DNA of 39,053 bases from a virus (IMGVR_UViG_3300033150_000619); one strand, 5' to 3'; numbered from the stretch's first letter, positions 18,659 through 29,053 are shown. The notes: generated by a model not told the origin, from the sequence alone. Numbers and translations: made by a program.

Positions 18659-20276
18659 TCAATATGGCAATCTCTTCTTAAGCCTCTCCTCAGTGTTGCC
18701 TAAGTGGGTTTTATCTATGACCTCAGCCCTTCCCGATGACCAGTACCACGTTCCACACTTAGGACATCTGAATACTGGAAAATTAGTATGTATCAGCTTT
18801 TCCAGTACATCACATTTACACTCTTCATCGTCTTTATACGCTCTAATAGCCATCTAGGCTCAACTCCACATAGCTGTCCAATCTGTCACATATATCCAAG
18901 AAAGGTAGAGTTCCATATGATGTACTCATTATCGTCTTCCCCTAAGAAGTAGTCACTGACTATTTCCGTAGAGCTTACATTGGATTTATCAACCAGCATA
19001 TAGCTAACAATAGATTGACCTGCAGATGGATATACAGACCCTGTGGAATAACTTGCCTCAGAGAGAGTATATATTTCCTTTACTAGGTTACTATTGTTAT
19101 CTACATAGAAACTCTTGATTCTATTAGGGGGTGAGTCACTTCCTGTCCATATACCATGTATCTCAGACTGAATCCCAGGGGATACCGACATCGATACACT
19201 GCTAATATATAGTATTCCGTCCATAGACTAACACATAACTGTTATATCACTGAGTATATTTGTTTAACTCTCCTCTTCCCAGAAGTCTACCTTCTCTTCG
19301 AATTTCCTGCGTATCTCAGCATTCTTATCGTGTATGTTTACAGGACTGAGTGTCAGGTCTATGTTCCACTTACTCCCATCGTCATACATCTCTAATATTA
19401 GGTCTAGGTCTATCAGTTTAGATATATTATTGCTGGGCTCTATCCATATAGCCCTATGCCTAATGTCTTGTTTCAGTATATCTTGAGCCATACCACTATG
19501 AAGATGTTTAAGCTCATATAGAATATCATTGAGGTATTCTTCCAGAGGACTGGTATTAACCCTTATTTTAATGTCCAATAGTCTCTCCCATAAGATATGG
19601 AGATGTACTACTACTTATCGCTTTCAGTAGGATGTAATTACTTTTGGGAGATCGCCCATTCCATTGCCGCTTCGGGTTCTACTTCTTCTATAACCTTTAC
19701 CAGTATTGGTATATACATTATTCACTATCCCTGCGTAGGACCATGTAACGAGTATTTATAATCATATCAGCTGTTTGTGATTCATCACCATATCTTCTGT
19801 TTGCCTCTTGAATGTCGTCTAACCAACCAGTACCCATTCTAGCTAAGAGTTCCTTAACCTCACTCGATCTTGGTGCTACATACTCAAAGTATCGATACCG
19901 AAGTCGAACGAGTGTCCCTTCCATAGCCCCAGCTCTTGTATTAAGAAACCAATATGTACTAATTGCATATCCTCTATTTCGGCGTCATGCTGTTCCTTCT
20001 CGGTTCTCATTCAGAAGACTCTTCCCCTCTGTCAATATACTTCTTTCTCATATGATCTTTTATCTTGGTGAGAGACTCTATCATTTTGTGAACAGTGTCT
20101 GCTACCTTAGCTTCTTCGATTATCCTAAGATCATTCTCTATAAATTCCAGTCTCTCAACGGCACAATAACAACTATTGTGTATAGCGGTGGCTATACGGA
20201 CATCTCTCCTCGTGTCGTCGTACTTTAGGAACTTCTTATGGTACTTGGGAGATGGTACATCTGAGTCATAAGACAT
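18659..20276 (-). other. Run of small hypothetical genes (18659-18853 Zn-ribbon, 18886-19224, 19264-19578, 19718-19924, 20007-20276)
   Basis: Co-oriented and tightly packed; only a CPKC motif is recognisable. Confidence 0.6.
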
Positions 20277-20719
20277 TATACCAACTCTGATCTAACTAAC
20301 ATCAGTAACCTACCTAGGTGGTTTTGACCTTTACCATTGAACTCTCCCCAATACTTATCGTGGGGAGACTCTTCAAAGAGATAGGCATCACCAGTATCAA
20401 TTAGCTTCTGTTTTAGATCTGGATCACTAAACTTAGCTCTCAGTCCCTTTAACATTATATCCTGCTTTACGGCATTCCAGTCTAGCCTCAGCTCACCCCT
20501 ATACTTCCTAAGAGCCCTTCCAGCCTTCATAGCATGAAACGGAGCAGGAGCATTTCTAATCCAATCATGAAGCTCTTTAGTAGTTGCTTTTTGAGATTGG
20601 TAATAGTGTTCATTGCTGGGATATATGATACCGTCAACGACCTGTGTACTTCTATGGAAGTTGCTTAGCCATCCATACTCTTCTTTTCTACTGTAGAATC
20701 CTATCTTCTTCATCAGCAC
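20276..20719 (-). CDS. NADAR (YbiA) family protein
   Basis: FY....YGWLSNF, EHYYQSQK, K.GR, W..VK..IM..GLRAKF, L.DTGD..L.E.SP.D.YWG..G.N.LG.LLM.VR. Confidence 0.95.
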   Translation of the reverse strand: MLMKKIGFYSRKEEYGWLSNFHRSTQVVDGIIYPSNEHYYQSQKATTKELHDWIRNAPAPFHAMKAGRALRKYRGELRLDWNAVKQDIMLKGLRAKFSDPDLKQKLIDTGDAYLFEESPHDKYWGEFNGKGQNHLGRLLMLVRSELV

Positions 20720-21047
20720 CTAACCTCTGATTGTGTAGCCCAATTATATCTAACTCTATTATATTTCTTTGTCTAGGTTCTGGAGCACAACACAGACTGT
20801 CATTAACAATCAAATACCTAGGCTTCAGTATTATCTCATAACCATATGATATCCTATCTACGTTAACTGCACTATCAGCAACAAACACACCTAAGTCTAA
20901 GGCAACATTCTGTACTGGTAACTTATTGTTGTCATCACTAATTTCAATATTAGTTATTATATGTAACTTATCTAACCTAGACATCTGTAAAGTCTTAATT
21001 GATCTGTTTATGGACGACCTATAGCATTTCTTGAAGGTGGTTGTCAA
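20688..21047 (-). CDS. hypothetical protein
   Basis: Overlaps both neighbours. Confidence 0.5.
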   Translation of the reverse strand: MTTTFKKCYRSSINRSIKTLQMSRLDKLHIITNIEISDDNNKLPVQNVALDLGVFVADSAVNVDRISYGYEIILKPRYLIVNDSLCCAPEPRQRNIIELDIIGLHNQRLGADEEDRILQ

Positions 21048-22497
21048 TCTCTGTCCATCTCTCCTTAATCTCTTCTAGACTATTGTTATTTTGTAGGTAG
21101 AAGCACTCTAACATTCTTTCATATAGAACTGCCATTGCTCTATTATCTAATGTCTCAGTTTCTATCATTTCCTTCATGACCGGGTGGCTGTTGTTGAATA
21201 CCAGTACGAAGGGTTCCTTATCAAAGAACATCATAGGGTATTCTGTCCCTAAGTCTACTGCCCTAGCTCCTCTTAGTGGTCTAGGCTTTGGCTTATTCTT
21301 TTCTACTTCTGCCACGCCATCAGATATTTCGGAACCAATCATTGATTCGATTCCTGGAATATCTGGAGCCTCCTCTGTTATTTCGAGCTGTCCATGATTC
21401 GTTTCTACCCATTGGTCGCCTATCAGAGTACTGATAGAAGGCTCCTCAACTGCGAAGTATAGTTCGTCTCTCTGGCCTGCAATTGATTGTAAGTCTTCTG
21501 TCAACTCTGGCTTAGTTCCGAAGTCTAAATACTCTGGTAAGTCAGGAAAGTCCACCGGTTCATCTTTACCTATTACCTTAACTTCTTCAGGTATGTATGC
21601 TGGTAAATCCTTCTTTACTGTCTTAAGGAATACTCTAAACTTAGCCATTACTCTTTCCATAAACTCTATCTCTAATTTCTTAAGTGTAGAGGACGGTCTT
21701 AACTTCCTAAGAGTGTTGCGTACATTACGCAGATATCTGTGATAATGTACGTTATTGATATATCCCTCCCTGTCCGTCTTGATATCGAGGTCTTCTTCAT
21801 CTACCCACGCATCAAGGCCGGTGAATGCTTCAGACTTTATCTCTATTCCACGGTGGCAGTAATGAATTCTACCGTCCTGTTTATCCCTGTAGTAGATAGT
21901 ATAGGGGTATCTCTTCTTCTTCTTTCTGTAAGTCTCATCAAGCTTAGATCTAAGTCCTATATCATTAATTGTGATTGTACAAAGCCCTTCGTACAGGGGT
22001 ATACTGAATATCCTCTCTATATCTTCTCTTATCTTATCTGCGTCTATTTCTAAGTCCAATTCCCTAAACCAGAGGTAGAAGCCACTGGACTTGAACGGTG
22101 GATCAAATGGAGTCTCTACTAGTGACCACCCATTCCTATCTACCTCCCACGTAAGAATGCTGTCTCCTTTTCGCTGGCTTTGAACTATTCCCTTAGACTT
22201 GAGTCTTGATATCAGTGCTAGTCTTCCTATACCAAACATTCCAATTGAATAGGATTCCTCCTTAGCACCAGAGCCTATGATACCATAGGTATTAGCAAAG
22301 TCATCTATTCCTAGACCATCGTCCGCATAACATATACTGTGGTCACCCAGCTTCATAGTAATGTTAACTACACCGTCTCTTGCATCTAATGAGTTGGCTA
22401 TTAACTCTCTTATGCCCGCTAAGGATTGATCTGTGTACATTCTATCGGCTAATAGGGTAATGAGCCTGTCAATGTCTACGCCCCATTGTTCAGCCAA
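21019..22497 (-). CDS. GHKL ATPase, Hsp90/HtpG- or MORC-like
   Basis: RELIANSLDA, DDGLGI, GSGAK, IGMFGIG; later DIKTDRE and FNNSHPV. Confidence 0.82.
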   Translation of the reverse strand: MAEQWGVDIDRLITLLADRMYTDQSLAGIRELIANSLDARDGVVNITMKLGDHSICYADDGLGIDDFANTYGIIGSGAKEESYSIGMFGIGRLALISRLKSKGIVQSQRKGDSILTWEVDRNGWSLVETPFDPPFKSSGFYLWFRELDLEIDADKIREDIERIFSIPLYEGLCTITINDIGLRSKLDETYRKKKKRYPYTIYYRDKQDGRIHYCHRGIEIKSEAFTGLDAWVDEEDLDIKTDREGYINNVHYHRYLRNVRNTLRKLRPSSTLKKLEIEFMERVMAKFRVFLKTVKKDLPAYIPEEVKVIGKDEPVDFPDLPEYLDFGTKPELTEDLQSIAGQRDELYFAVEEPSISTLIGDQWVETNHGQLEITEEAPDIPGIESMIGSEISDGVAEVEKNKPKPRPLRGARAVDLGTEYPMMFFDKEPFVLVFNNSHPVMKEMIETETLDNRAMAVLYERMLECFYLQNNNSLEEIKERWTEIDNHLQEML

Positions 22498-22700
22498 TTG
22501 AGTTTATTCTCCTGCTGCTTAATTGCTTTCTCCTCATTTATAATATCCAACCATTCTCTAGGTTTCTTATCTGGTTCGATACGCCGTCTGTAAATAGGAC
22601 ACTTCCTATAGTCACCTATGCAGTACCTACTAACCCACTGCCTATCAATCTTAGTATCACAAACATCTATGTATATGCATATAACTCCCATATCAATCAC
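22476..22700 (-). CDS. small Cys-rich hypothetical protein
   Basis: C.Y...C ... YC.GDY.KCPIY. Confidence 0.55.
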   Translation of the reverse strand: MIDMGVICIYIDVCDTKIDRQWVSRYCIGDYRKCPIYRRRIEPDKKPREWLDIINEEKAIKQQENKLNWLNNGA

Positions 22701-22712
22701 TATAAATAAAAC

Positions 22713-22750
22713 AGAGGTATTATAGGTGGCTTGGGAACCACCAATACTCT
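22713..22750 (-). terminator. Hairpin followed by a T-rich tract, downstream of an unlisted ~41-codon ORF (MAIKMKFPDG...)
   Basis: Arms GTATT-GGTGG and CCACC-(TAT)-AATAC, then GTTTTATTT on the minus strand. Confidence 0.45.
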
Positions 22751-22892
22751 TACTTCATATCTTTACTAAGTCCGAAGTCTCCGATGATCTCCTGCAACTC
22801 TCTGATCAGTTGTGATATCTCTTCGACTTCTCCCTCGATTTCCGTTCCATCAGGGAATTTCATCTTTATTGCCATAAAGTTCATCATCACCT

Positions 22893-23084
22893 CTAGCTAT
22901 TGCTTCCTATCATCATCCCACCACATTTGGGGCATCTCATACTAGTGCATGTGCTGCCTCTACGATGGGAGACTTTGTATCCACAACTTACGCATTTACA
23001 GAATACAGGACCGCCGTAGCCTTGACGAGGTCCACCACGACCTCTGCCTTCACCTACGCCTAGATTCCTAACTCCTCTACTCAT
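22893..23084 (-). CDS. Small Gly/Arg-rich double-CxxC Zn-ribbon protein
   Basis: GRGRGG...CKCVSCGYKVSH.RG..C....CPKCG..M. Confidence 0.75.
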   Translation of the reverse strand: MSRGVRNLGVGEGRGRGGPRQGYGGPVFCKCVSCGYKVSHRRGSTCTSMRCPKCGGMMIGSNS

Positions 23085-24079
23085 ATTTTCATTGCCTCAC
23101 GTAAATCATCTATAAAGTCTCGTACTTGAGCCTTTTGTAGTGACTCTAGTTCTCCTCCTTCTGACTCTATTACCGGAAAACTAAATCCGGCGAACCCAGC
23201 ATGTCCGCCTATCCCCCACTTAGAGGGCATCTTATCCTTTAGATAGTCTACTAGAACTCCTCTGATACTGCCATGTCTGGTCTTAGTATTAATGACTAAC
23301 GCAGTCTTCCTGCTGTTGTTATTAAGTTCCCAAGCTAAGGTTCCATTAACAGAGTAGTTGCTATCTACTATCCATACCTCTAGTGCACCTAGATCTATAG
23401 CCCTATAATCTCCTCGTACTCTATTAACCTCACTATTGAAGTTCTCCTTACATTCTAAAAGCTTCTCATCGAATATGAGGTCATAGGGAGACCGAGCTAC
23501 CGCAAGCTGTGTAAATGCTAGATTCTTCTTTCCTACTCTACACGCACTGTTCAGCGGACTTGATAGAAGGAACCATACTGGATTCTTATACACATTAGTA
23601 TTCCCTCTGTACTTAGTAACGGTAGATACCTGCTCCAATAGCTCCGGACAGGATTCCCAGACATATACAGGTATCTTTTCAGCTTGTCCATCACCCATTA
23701 TACCAGGTGCCGCTTTCCACCAAAACCTATCTGGTAAGTCATCCTTAAACAAGTCAATAGACAATCTAGACGCCGGTTCACGCCCATACCATAATGCGTA
23801 ATCGCAATCTACTTTATGATCAGGATGATGATCTATGACTATACCCTTAAAATCCCTGCGTGGAACTTTATCCAAGACTAAGTCGGCATCTTCTCCTCTT
23901 AGATTCTTAGTATCTGAAAAGTCTGTAGGGAAGTATACCTCTGGTTTGTTCTTCCGGAATCTTAATGCACATATATATGCAGAACTGACACCATCAGCAT
24001 CACCATGCGAAGCTATGTTCTTAATATGTCTGTTTTCCATTAAGGTCCGGAATGTCTCTTCATCTTCTATTATTGGCAC
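23081..24079 (-). CDS. DHH-family phosphoesterase (RecJ/NrnA-like)
   Basis: HGDADGVSS, VLD, IDHH, GD, SIRG, GGH. Confidence 0.88.
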   Translation of the reverse strand: MPIIEDEETFRTLMENRHIKNIASHGDADGVSSAYICALRFRKNKPEVYFPTDFSDTKNLRGEDADLVLDKVPRRDFKGIVIDHHPDHKVDCDYALWYGREPASRLSIDLFKDDLPDRFWWKAAPGIMGDGQAEKIPVYVWESCPELLEQVSTVTKYRGNTNVYKNPVWFLLSSPLNSACRVGKKNLAFTQLAVARSPYDLIFDEKLLECKENFNSEVNRVRGDYRAIDLGALEVWIVDSNYSVNGTLAWELNNNSRKTALVINTKTRHGSIRGVLVDYLKDKMPSKWGIGGHAGFAGFSFPVIESEGGELESLQKAQVRDFIDDLREAMKI

Positions 24080-24111
24080 TTATGATCGCTTAAGATAAGA
24101 CAGTAGATTAT

Positions 24112-25611
24112 TTAAATCTCTTTATCCTCATCTAAGCCACAGTCCGTACATAGAGTTTCTCCAGTCTTAATAGAGAACAGCTTAGGAGCAAATCTCTCTA
24201 TCGGTTTACCACACCTATCACATATGACTATATCTTCTATAAACTCCCATCCCTTAGACTCTAAGTCTGACTTCATCTCAGATTCGAGCCTATCGTAGAG
24301 TCCAGGTTCAATAGCTTCCAATATCATCTTACGGAAGGTAGAAGACATATAGTAATCTAGGTAATCTCCCTCTCCTACTGCCTCTGCTATACGAGCTCCC
24401 CACCACCTAAATGATCCAGATACTATCTGTCCAGAGGGTAGCTTAACGTCTCTATTGACTACTAATCCCCACAGAATCTCACCGTCATCAGATCCAATGT
24501 TTGGCAGGGACTTCTTTATCTCATCAACTACATTGTATTCCTCTCTTCCCATCTATCACCACTCCTTGATATGCCGTGTCATTCTTCCATCTCCGGTTTA
24601 AACTATGATAGCATCCTCTTTATGAATAACGGGGATTCCATAAAGGGTCTTTATTACCCCTGCCTCTACTATGTCTGGATAATCATACATAATCTTTATT
24701 GCCTGTCTATGTTCCATTGAGAGAACTAAATACTTTGGCATCTTTGCGTTCTCTGATCTAAACTTCATTATCTGATCATCGATCTCTTCTAGAAGCCTTT
24801 CAACGACGCTCATGGTGCTTCCTCTGGTTGTCTAGTAGAAGCCAAGATAAGGCATCTTTGGCAGTAAGGACCGTCTAGTACATCCATATAGATGTCCATA
24901 TCTGAATCATACTTAACGTGACGTGAATAATAATACCAAATATTCGGTAGTTCAACACCACACTCCTTGCATCTCTTGACTACGGTAGCAGCCTTCATTT
25001 CATATCATCTTTTATCTCTTTTGTAGTATCCATACCAAAAGACTACACAATTCTTGCAATCAAAGTTCTTAGTACACTCGAGTTCATCGACGAATCTACA
25101 TTTCTGATTGTCTGTCAACTAATATAACTCCTTGTAAGGTCTTTTTCTCCACGAATGTTGAAGATTGATATGTCTCATTAACTCCACGTAAGTCTTAAAC
25201 ATACCTTCACAGTAAGGACATTTAATGTATCTGAATCATAAATGATCGCTTATGATCGCTTATACCCAACTATTGTAACCTCTCTTGATCTATTTTTAGA
25301 ATCTCCTTTAGAGGAACGAGTCCGTCTTTAGAGGATTTATGTTCTCCATCAGAGGGAAAGAAGAATATGGTAATATTTCCAGTTCCATCTTGGTTTTTGT
25401 ATGCGCCAACCTGCCAGTTTATATACCCTCTTTCCGTTAACAGATTCCATAGACGCGTTATATCTGAATCTTGATAAAACTCTATCTGGATGTGGGGGCT
25501 AGGATAATGTCCACATGAACAAAATGTATTAAATCCGCTGTTACGGAGAATGTAGATAAGTTCTTTTAATGGGTCTTCTATGCAGTCGTACCATACTGGA
25601 AGTTTTCTCAT
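24112..25611 (-). other. Run of small hypothetical genes (24112-24552 with Zn finger, 24598-24813, 24810-24998 Zn finger, 25270-25611)
   Basis: Co-oriented; CxxC motifs. Confidence 0.6.
25119..25235 (-). pseudogene. C2H2 zinc-finger reading frame with no in-frame start codon
   Basis: FRYIKCPYCEGMFKTYVELMRHINLQHSWRK...*; preceded in frame by TGA; the nearest ATG (25239) is out of frame. Confidence 0.5.
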
Positions 25612-25724
25612 GTTATCCCCTCTTCCTATTATTTTCTTCAGCAGTCATAGGTTTAGTGACCTCGGTATTTAACTTATTGATCGAGGTAGTTTAATCCACA
25701 GTTTACTCCTTGTTCGGTATGCAG

Positions 25725-26369
25725 TCAATAATCAGTCAACCTCCGAGGAATCTTTATGTCATCCCAGTTGGATTCAAGCTTCTCATCTTTAGAAAGGACT
25801 TCAAGGTACTCTTCCAAACGTCTTCTAATCTTCAAGAGCTCACTATGCTCTTCTTGAAGACGTTTAGAGTTCTCCAACCGTTTCTGTATTTGTTTATCAG
25901 TACGTCTCAGTTCCCTTTTTACTGCTTCCTGCCGCAATTGATGAATCCACTTGGTGGTGGGTTTATCATTACAATCCTGGCAGATTATAATTCCATAAGC
26001 CATCCCTTCTGGGAATTTGAATGTTCTCTCCTCGAAGGGGTATTTGTTGACGCTTTTAACTGTATGCCATCCTTTGTGATAGTCCATTTCCATGTATCGA
26101 TCTTGAACTATCTTACCGCAGAAATGACATTGTTCATGTACTATATCACTCATTTTAACCTCGCCTATAGTCACATCTTCCTGTTTGAAGTGTGGTAGAT
26201 ATTCTAAGTCCCTTATTTTAAGTGTATTCGTTGGAGCCATTATTGCAATTGTAGCTTCGACTACAAGCTTCCTCCATTTATGGAATACTGACATATGGAA
26301 TAGAGCTTCTTCCAGATCTGGAAATACAATGCAACACGCCCTACAGATATACCTGATACCTCTGTCCAT
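25725..26369 (-). CDS. hypothetical protein with N-terminal C2H2 finger, CxxC pair and coiled coil
   Basis: CRAC..F......HMSVFH; CHFC...CQDC; heptad-rich C-terminus. Confidence 0.65.
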   Translation of the reverse strand: MDRGIRYICRACCIVFPDLEEALFHMSVFHKWRKLVVEATIAIMAPTNTLKIRDLEYLPHFKQEDVTIGEVKMSDIVHEQCHFCGKIVQDRYMEMDYHKGWHTVKSVNKYPFEERTFKFPEGMAYGIIICQDCNDKPTTKWIHQLRQEAVKRELRRTDKQIQKRLENSKRLQEEHSELLKIRRRLEEYLEVLSKDEKLESNWDDIKIPRRLTDY

Positions 26370-27108
26370 TTACTATCCTCGATATCATTGATGGAGATAC
26401 ATCGTACAACTCTCCTATCTCCCTAAGTTTATGACCTTTCTCTCTAAGGTACTTAATACGCCCTACGTCTTCCTCAGATAACTTAGATCTAAGTCTTGGG
26501 TGTCTCCTATTGTATTCTTTCAGCTTTAGAAAGAGATTGTATTTACGATTAAGTACAACGGTGGGTTCGTACCATAGATGGTTCCCAAGTTCCTCTGCTT
26601 TCCATCTACCATTAAAGCTCAGTGAGTATGATTCCCTATCCTTTACAACGTTGGGTAGCATACTGAATATCTGTCTTATCTCTATTATATCACGTATTCC
26701 CTGTACGATAGATTTAGTACCATTCCATCTTATGATTGTAGTTGGTGGATTAATGTAGATGGTACCGTCTGCATCAAACAGACCTCTTAGGAAGTCAAAG
26801 GTATAGGTTGATGGTATGTCTTCCCAATAAATAGTTCTAGATTTACAGGGTCTTAGTCCTATACGACGCAATGCTTCAGTTTGTTCTTTGATCTCTATAG
26901 TGAATTGATAGTATTCTGGATATGCTCTGCTGAATCTTCTGATGTATCCACCACCAAAGAACTTCTTACATTTATGCAAATGGTACAGGTCTCTCTCCTG
27001 CAATACAACTGTAATCCTGTTCCTATGTCTTGAGAGATTACCATCCCCAATTAAGAACCCGTACCAATATGACTCTTCGCGAGTGGTTATACCATCGGCG
27101 TATCTCAT
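26341..27108 (-). CDS. Free-standing two-motif LAGLIDADG homing endonuclease with C-terminal HTH
   Basis: WYGFLIGDGN, FLRGLFDADGT, L.RK; KLSEEDV..I....G..LREIGELYDVSPSMISRIVNG. Confidence 0.9.
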   Translation of the reverse strand: MRYADGITTREESYWYGFLIGDGNLSRHRNRITVVLQERDLYHLHKCKKFFGGGYIRRFSRAYPEYYQFTIEIKEQTEALRRIGLRPCKSRTIYWEDIPSTYTFDFLRGLFDADGTIYINPPTTIIRWNGTKSIVQGIRDIIEIRQIFSMLPNVVKDRESYSLSFNGRWKAEELGNHLWYEPTVVLNRKYNLFLKLKEYNRRHPRLRSKLSEEDVGRIKYLREKGHKLREIGELYDVSPSMISRIVNGQRYQVYL

Positions 27109-27704
27109 GCGGTGTTAATATCTATCCTCTGCCCTATAAGCCATTCCACCAAGGTCTTCTGCGCTTCATCCTCTTCTTCTTTATTGCGGATATCCTTCAA
27201 TTTGATCAATCTATTAGTGATTGCTTTTCTCAGTCTGCTCCTCGCAGTAGCTGCATCCCATCCCTTAACAGCACTGAGCTTAGCAGTGATACCGAACTTA
27301 ATATCCGGTGTACTTACTTCTTGAACCACAATAACTATTTCGTCAGCACCACGATCAATATCTATGTCTATTATCTCAAACGTGCAAGTCATATTAATCA
27401 CCTAGACATAATTCTACTTATATCTTTAGGGCTTCATGCCATCTTTCATACATTATCCTGCGACATTATCCTGCAACCATTCTTGTGTACCTGAGCACCA
27501 AAGGTATTGTAGATAATAACTAGTATCTGTCTTTAATTCATAGATGTGTTCATTATAGATTACCCTCGAGTTCACGGATCTAAAGAAGGGTATAAGGTAT
27601 AGAGCCTCTAACTCCCATACTCTAATACCTGTCTCTATTACTTTAGAGAAGGGTAAATCTATGTACGTGATCTTACCCTGAGTCCTCAGAGGTAGGCGTA
27701 TCAT
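27105..27704 (-). other. Two hypothetical genes (27105-27401, 27453-27704)
   Basis: Co-oriented ORFs. Confidence 0.55.
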
Positions 27705-28740
27705 TTCTATTTCCCTGCATAAACTCGGAGAACCTAGGGTCTATTTCGTCTAAACCAACCAGTGCTTCCTTTAGACCCTTATACCTGTTCCTAATAGTGA
27801 CTTCTGTAACACCAGCAGCACCAGCTATAATCTTCTGCGTCTTACTTACCTCATTGAGTTGACACGCAATGTACAAAGCTGCGGCAGCTAATCCCATCGG
27901 ATCCTTGCCAGCTGTTAGCTTCAATTCCTTAGCTCTGTCAAGAATAGAAGCAGCTAGTCTCTGAGTATCTTCATCTATACCTATCTGTAATGCTATTGCT
28001 GATATCTTATTGGTAGAGTCTGGCACTGGTACCTCCAATTCCATCTCTCTCAACATCAGTCTATAACAACGAGCTATATCTTTCTTAGAGACTGTGGATA
28101 CCGCTGCTACATCAGATAAGGTCCTAGATAATGCAAACATCCTACAGGCAGCGTATACACTAGCTGCAACAATCGCCGCTATACTCCTACCCCTAACCAG
28201 GTCAGCTTCTAATGCTTGTCTATATATCTGAGCAGACTTCTCTTTGATAGAGAAGGGTAAGTTCATCATATCTGCTATCCTTGCTAACTCAGACATTGCT
28301 TGAATTAAGTTCCTATCTGTTGAAGAGTGCACACGTGACCTGACCTGCCACTTCTTAATACGGTATATCAGCTCTCTTTGTTCCTTACTAGTCCCAGCGG
28401 CTGGAGAACCTATAACAGTAGATAGTCCCTTATCATGGACAGATTGAGATAGAGGCGCACCCGTTCGTTCCCTCCTCTCCCTCTCTTCTTTAGAGAAGGC
28501 TCTCCATTCAGGAGATGTAGAGGCTTGTGTGTATCCTAATACCAGACCACACTCCTTACAGATTACCTCAGTCTTCTCTGTGACTATTCCCCTTGATCCA
28601 CAGGAAGGACATATCTGTGGAATAGCATCATCTATATCTTCTATTGGGTCTATATTATCAGTTGACATAATCTTATATACTCCGGAGTTACCAGTAGGTG
28701 GTATTGTACCCTTATAAGAATATCTCTTAGGAGTAGACAC
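27673..28740 (-). CDS. tfb: Archaeal transcription initiation factor TFB (TFIIB)
   Basis: Zn ribbon CPSCG..CKECGLV, PEWRAF, HDKGLST, cyclin repeats LVRGRS..AASVYAACR and GKDPMGLAAAALYIAC, VTEVTIRNRYK. Confidence 0.97.
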   Translation of the reverse strand: MSTPKRYSYKGTIPPTGNSGVYKIMSTDNIDPIEDIDDAIPQICPSCGSRGIVTEKTEVICKECGLVLGYTQASTSPEWRAFSKEERERRERTGAPLSQSVHDKGLSTVIGSPAAGTSKEQRELIYRIKKWQVRSRVHSSTDRNLIQAMSELARIADMMNLPFSIKEKSAQIYRQALEADLVRGRSIAAIVAASVYAACRMFALSRTLSDVAAVSTVSKKDIARCYRLMLREMELEVPVPDSTNKISAIALQIGIDEDTQRLAASILDRAKELKLTAGKDPMGLAAAALYIACQLNEVSKTQKIIAGAAGVTEVTIRNRYKGLKEALVGLDEIDPRFSEFMQGNRNDTPTSEDSG

Positions 28741-28960
28741 TCATTATAGCTTCTGTCATAGATGGATATCTCTCTAATCTATAGTGGACATCACCAATAT
28801 CCCATATCATTTGGATGAAGCCATCTGATCCTATTTCAATATCACCTATAACATTGCCTTGTTCATCTCTGATAGATAGCAGCGTATTGATTATACCCGC
28901 CGGTATCCACGACTCAGAGGGTCCTATCTTCTTCTTATCTGTTCTATGATCTATTATCAT
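28727..28960 (-). CDS. hypothetical protein upstream of tfb
   Basis: Overlaps the tfb start. Confidence 0.55.
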   Translation of the reverse strand: MIIDHRTDKKKIGPSESWIPAGIINTLLSIRDEQGNVIGDIEIGSDGFIQMIWDIGDVHYRLERYPSMTEAIMSVYS

Positions 28961-28989
28961 TTCAATCTTCTCACAAGGTATTCATATAT

Positions 28990-29053
28990 CTCGAAGAGGA
29001 TGGTAGAAGAAGTTTAGGAGGGAGAGACAACTCTACCATTCCTCTCTATCGAG
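28990..29053 (-). other. Long imperfect stem-loop (structured leader or small RNA)
   Basis: Arms 28990-29007 and 29032-29053 pair over ~18 bp with two bulges. Confidence 0.55.

Noticed and set aside
15137-24813. Capsid-protein fragments in 15137-15391 (FLGIQV) and 24598-24813 (LYGIPV)
   Set aside because: Both are far too short for HK97-fold capsids and the match is only a few residues.
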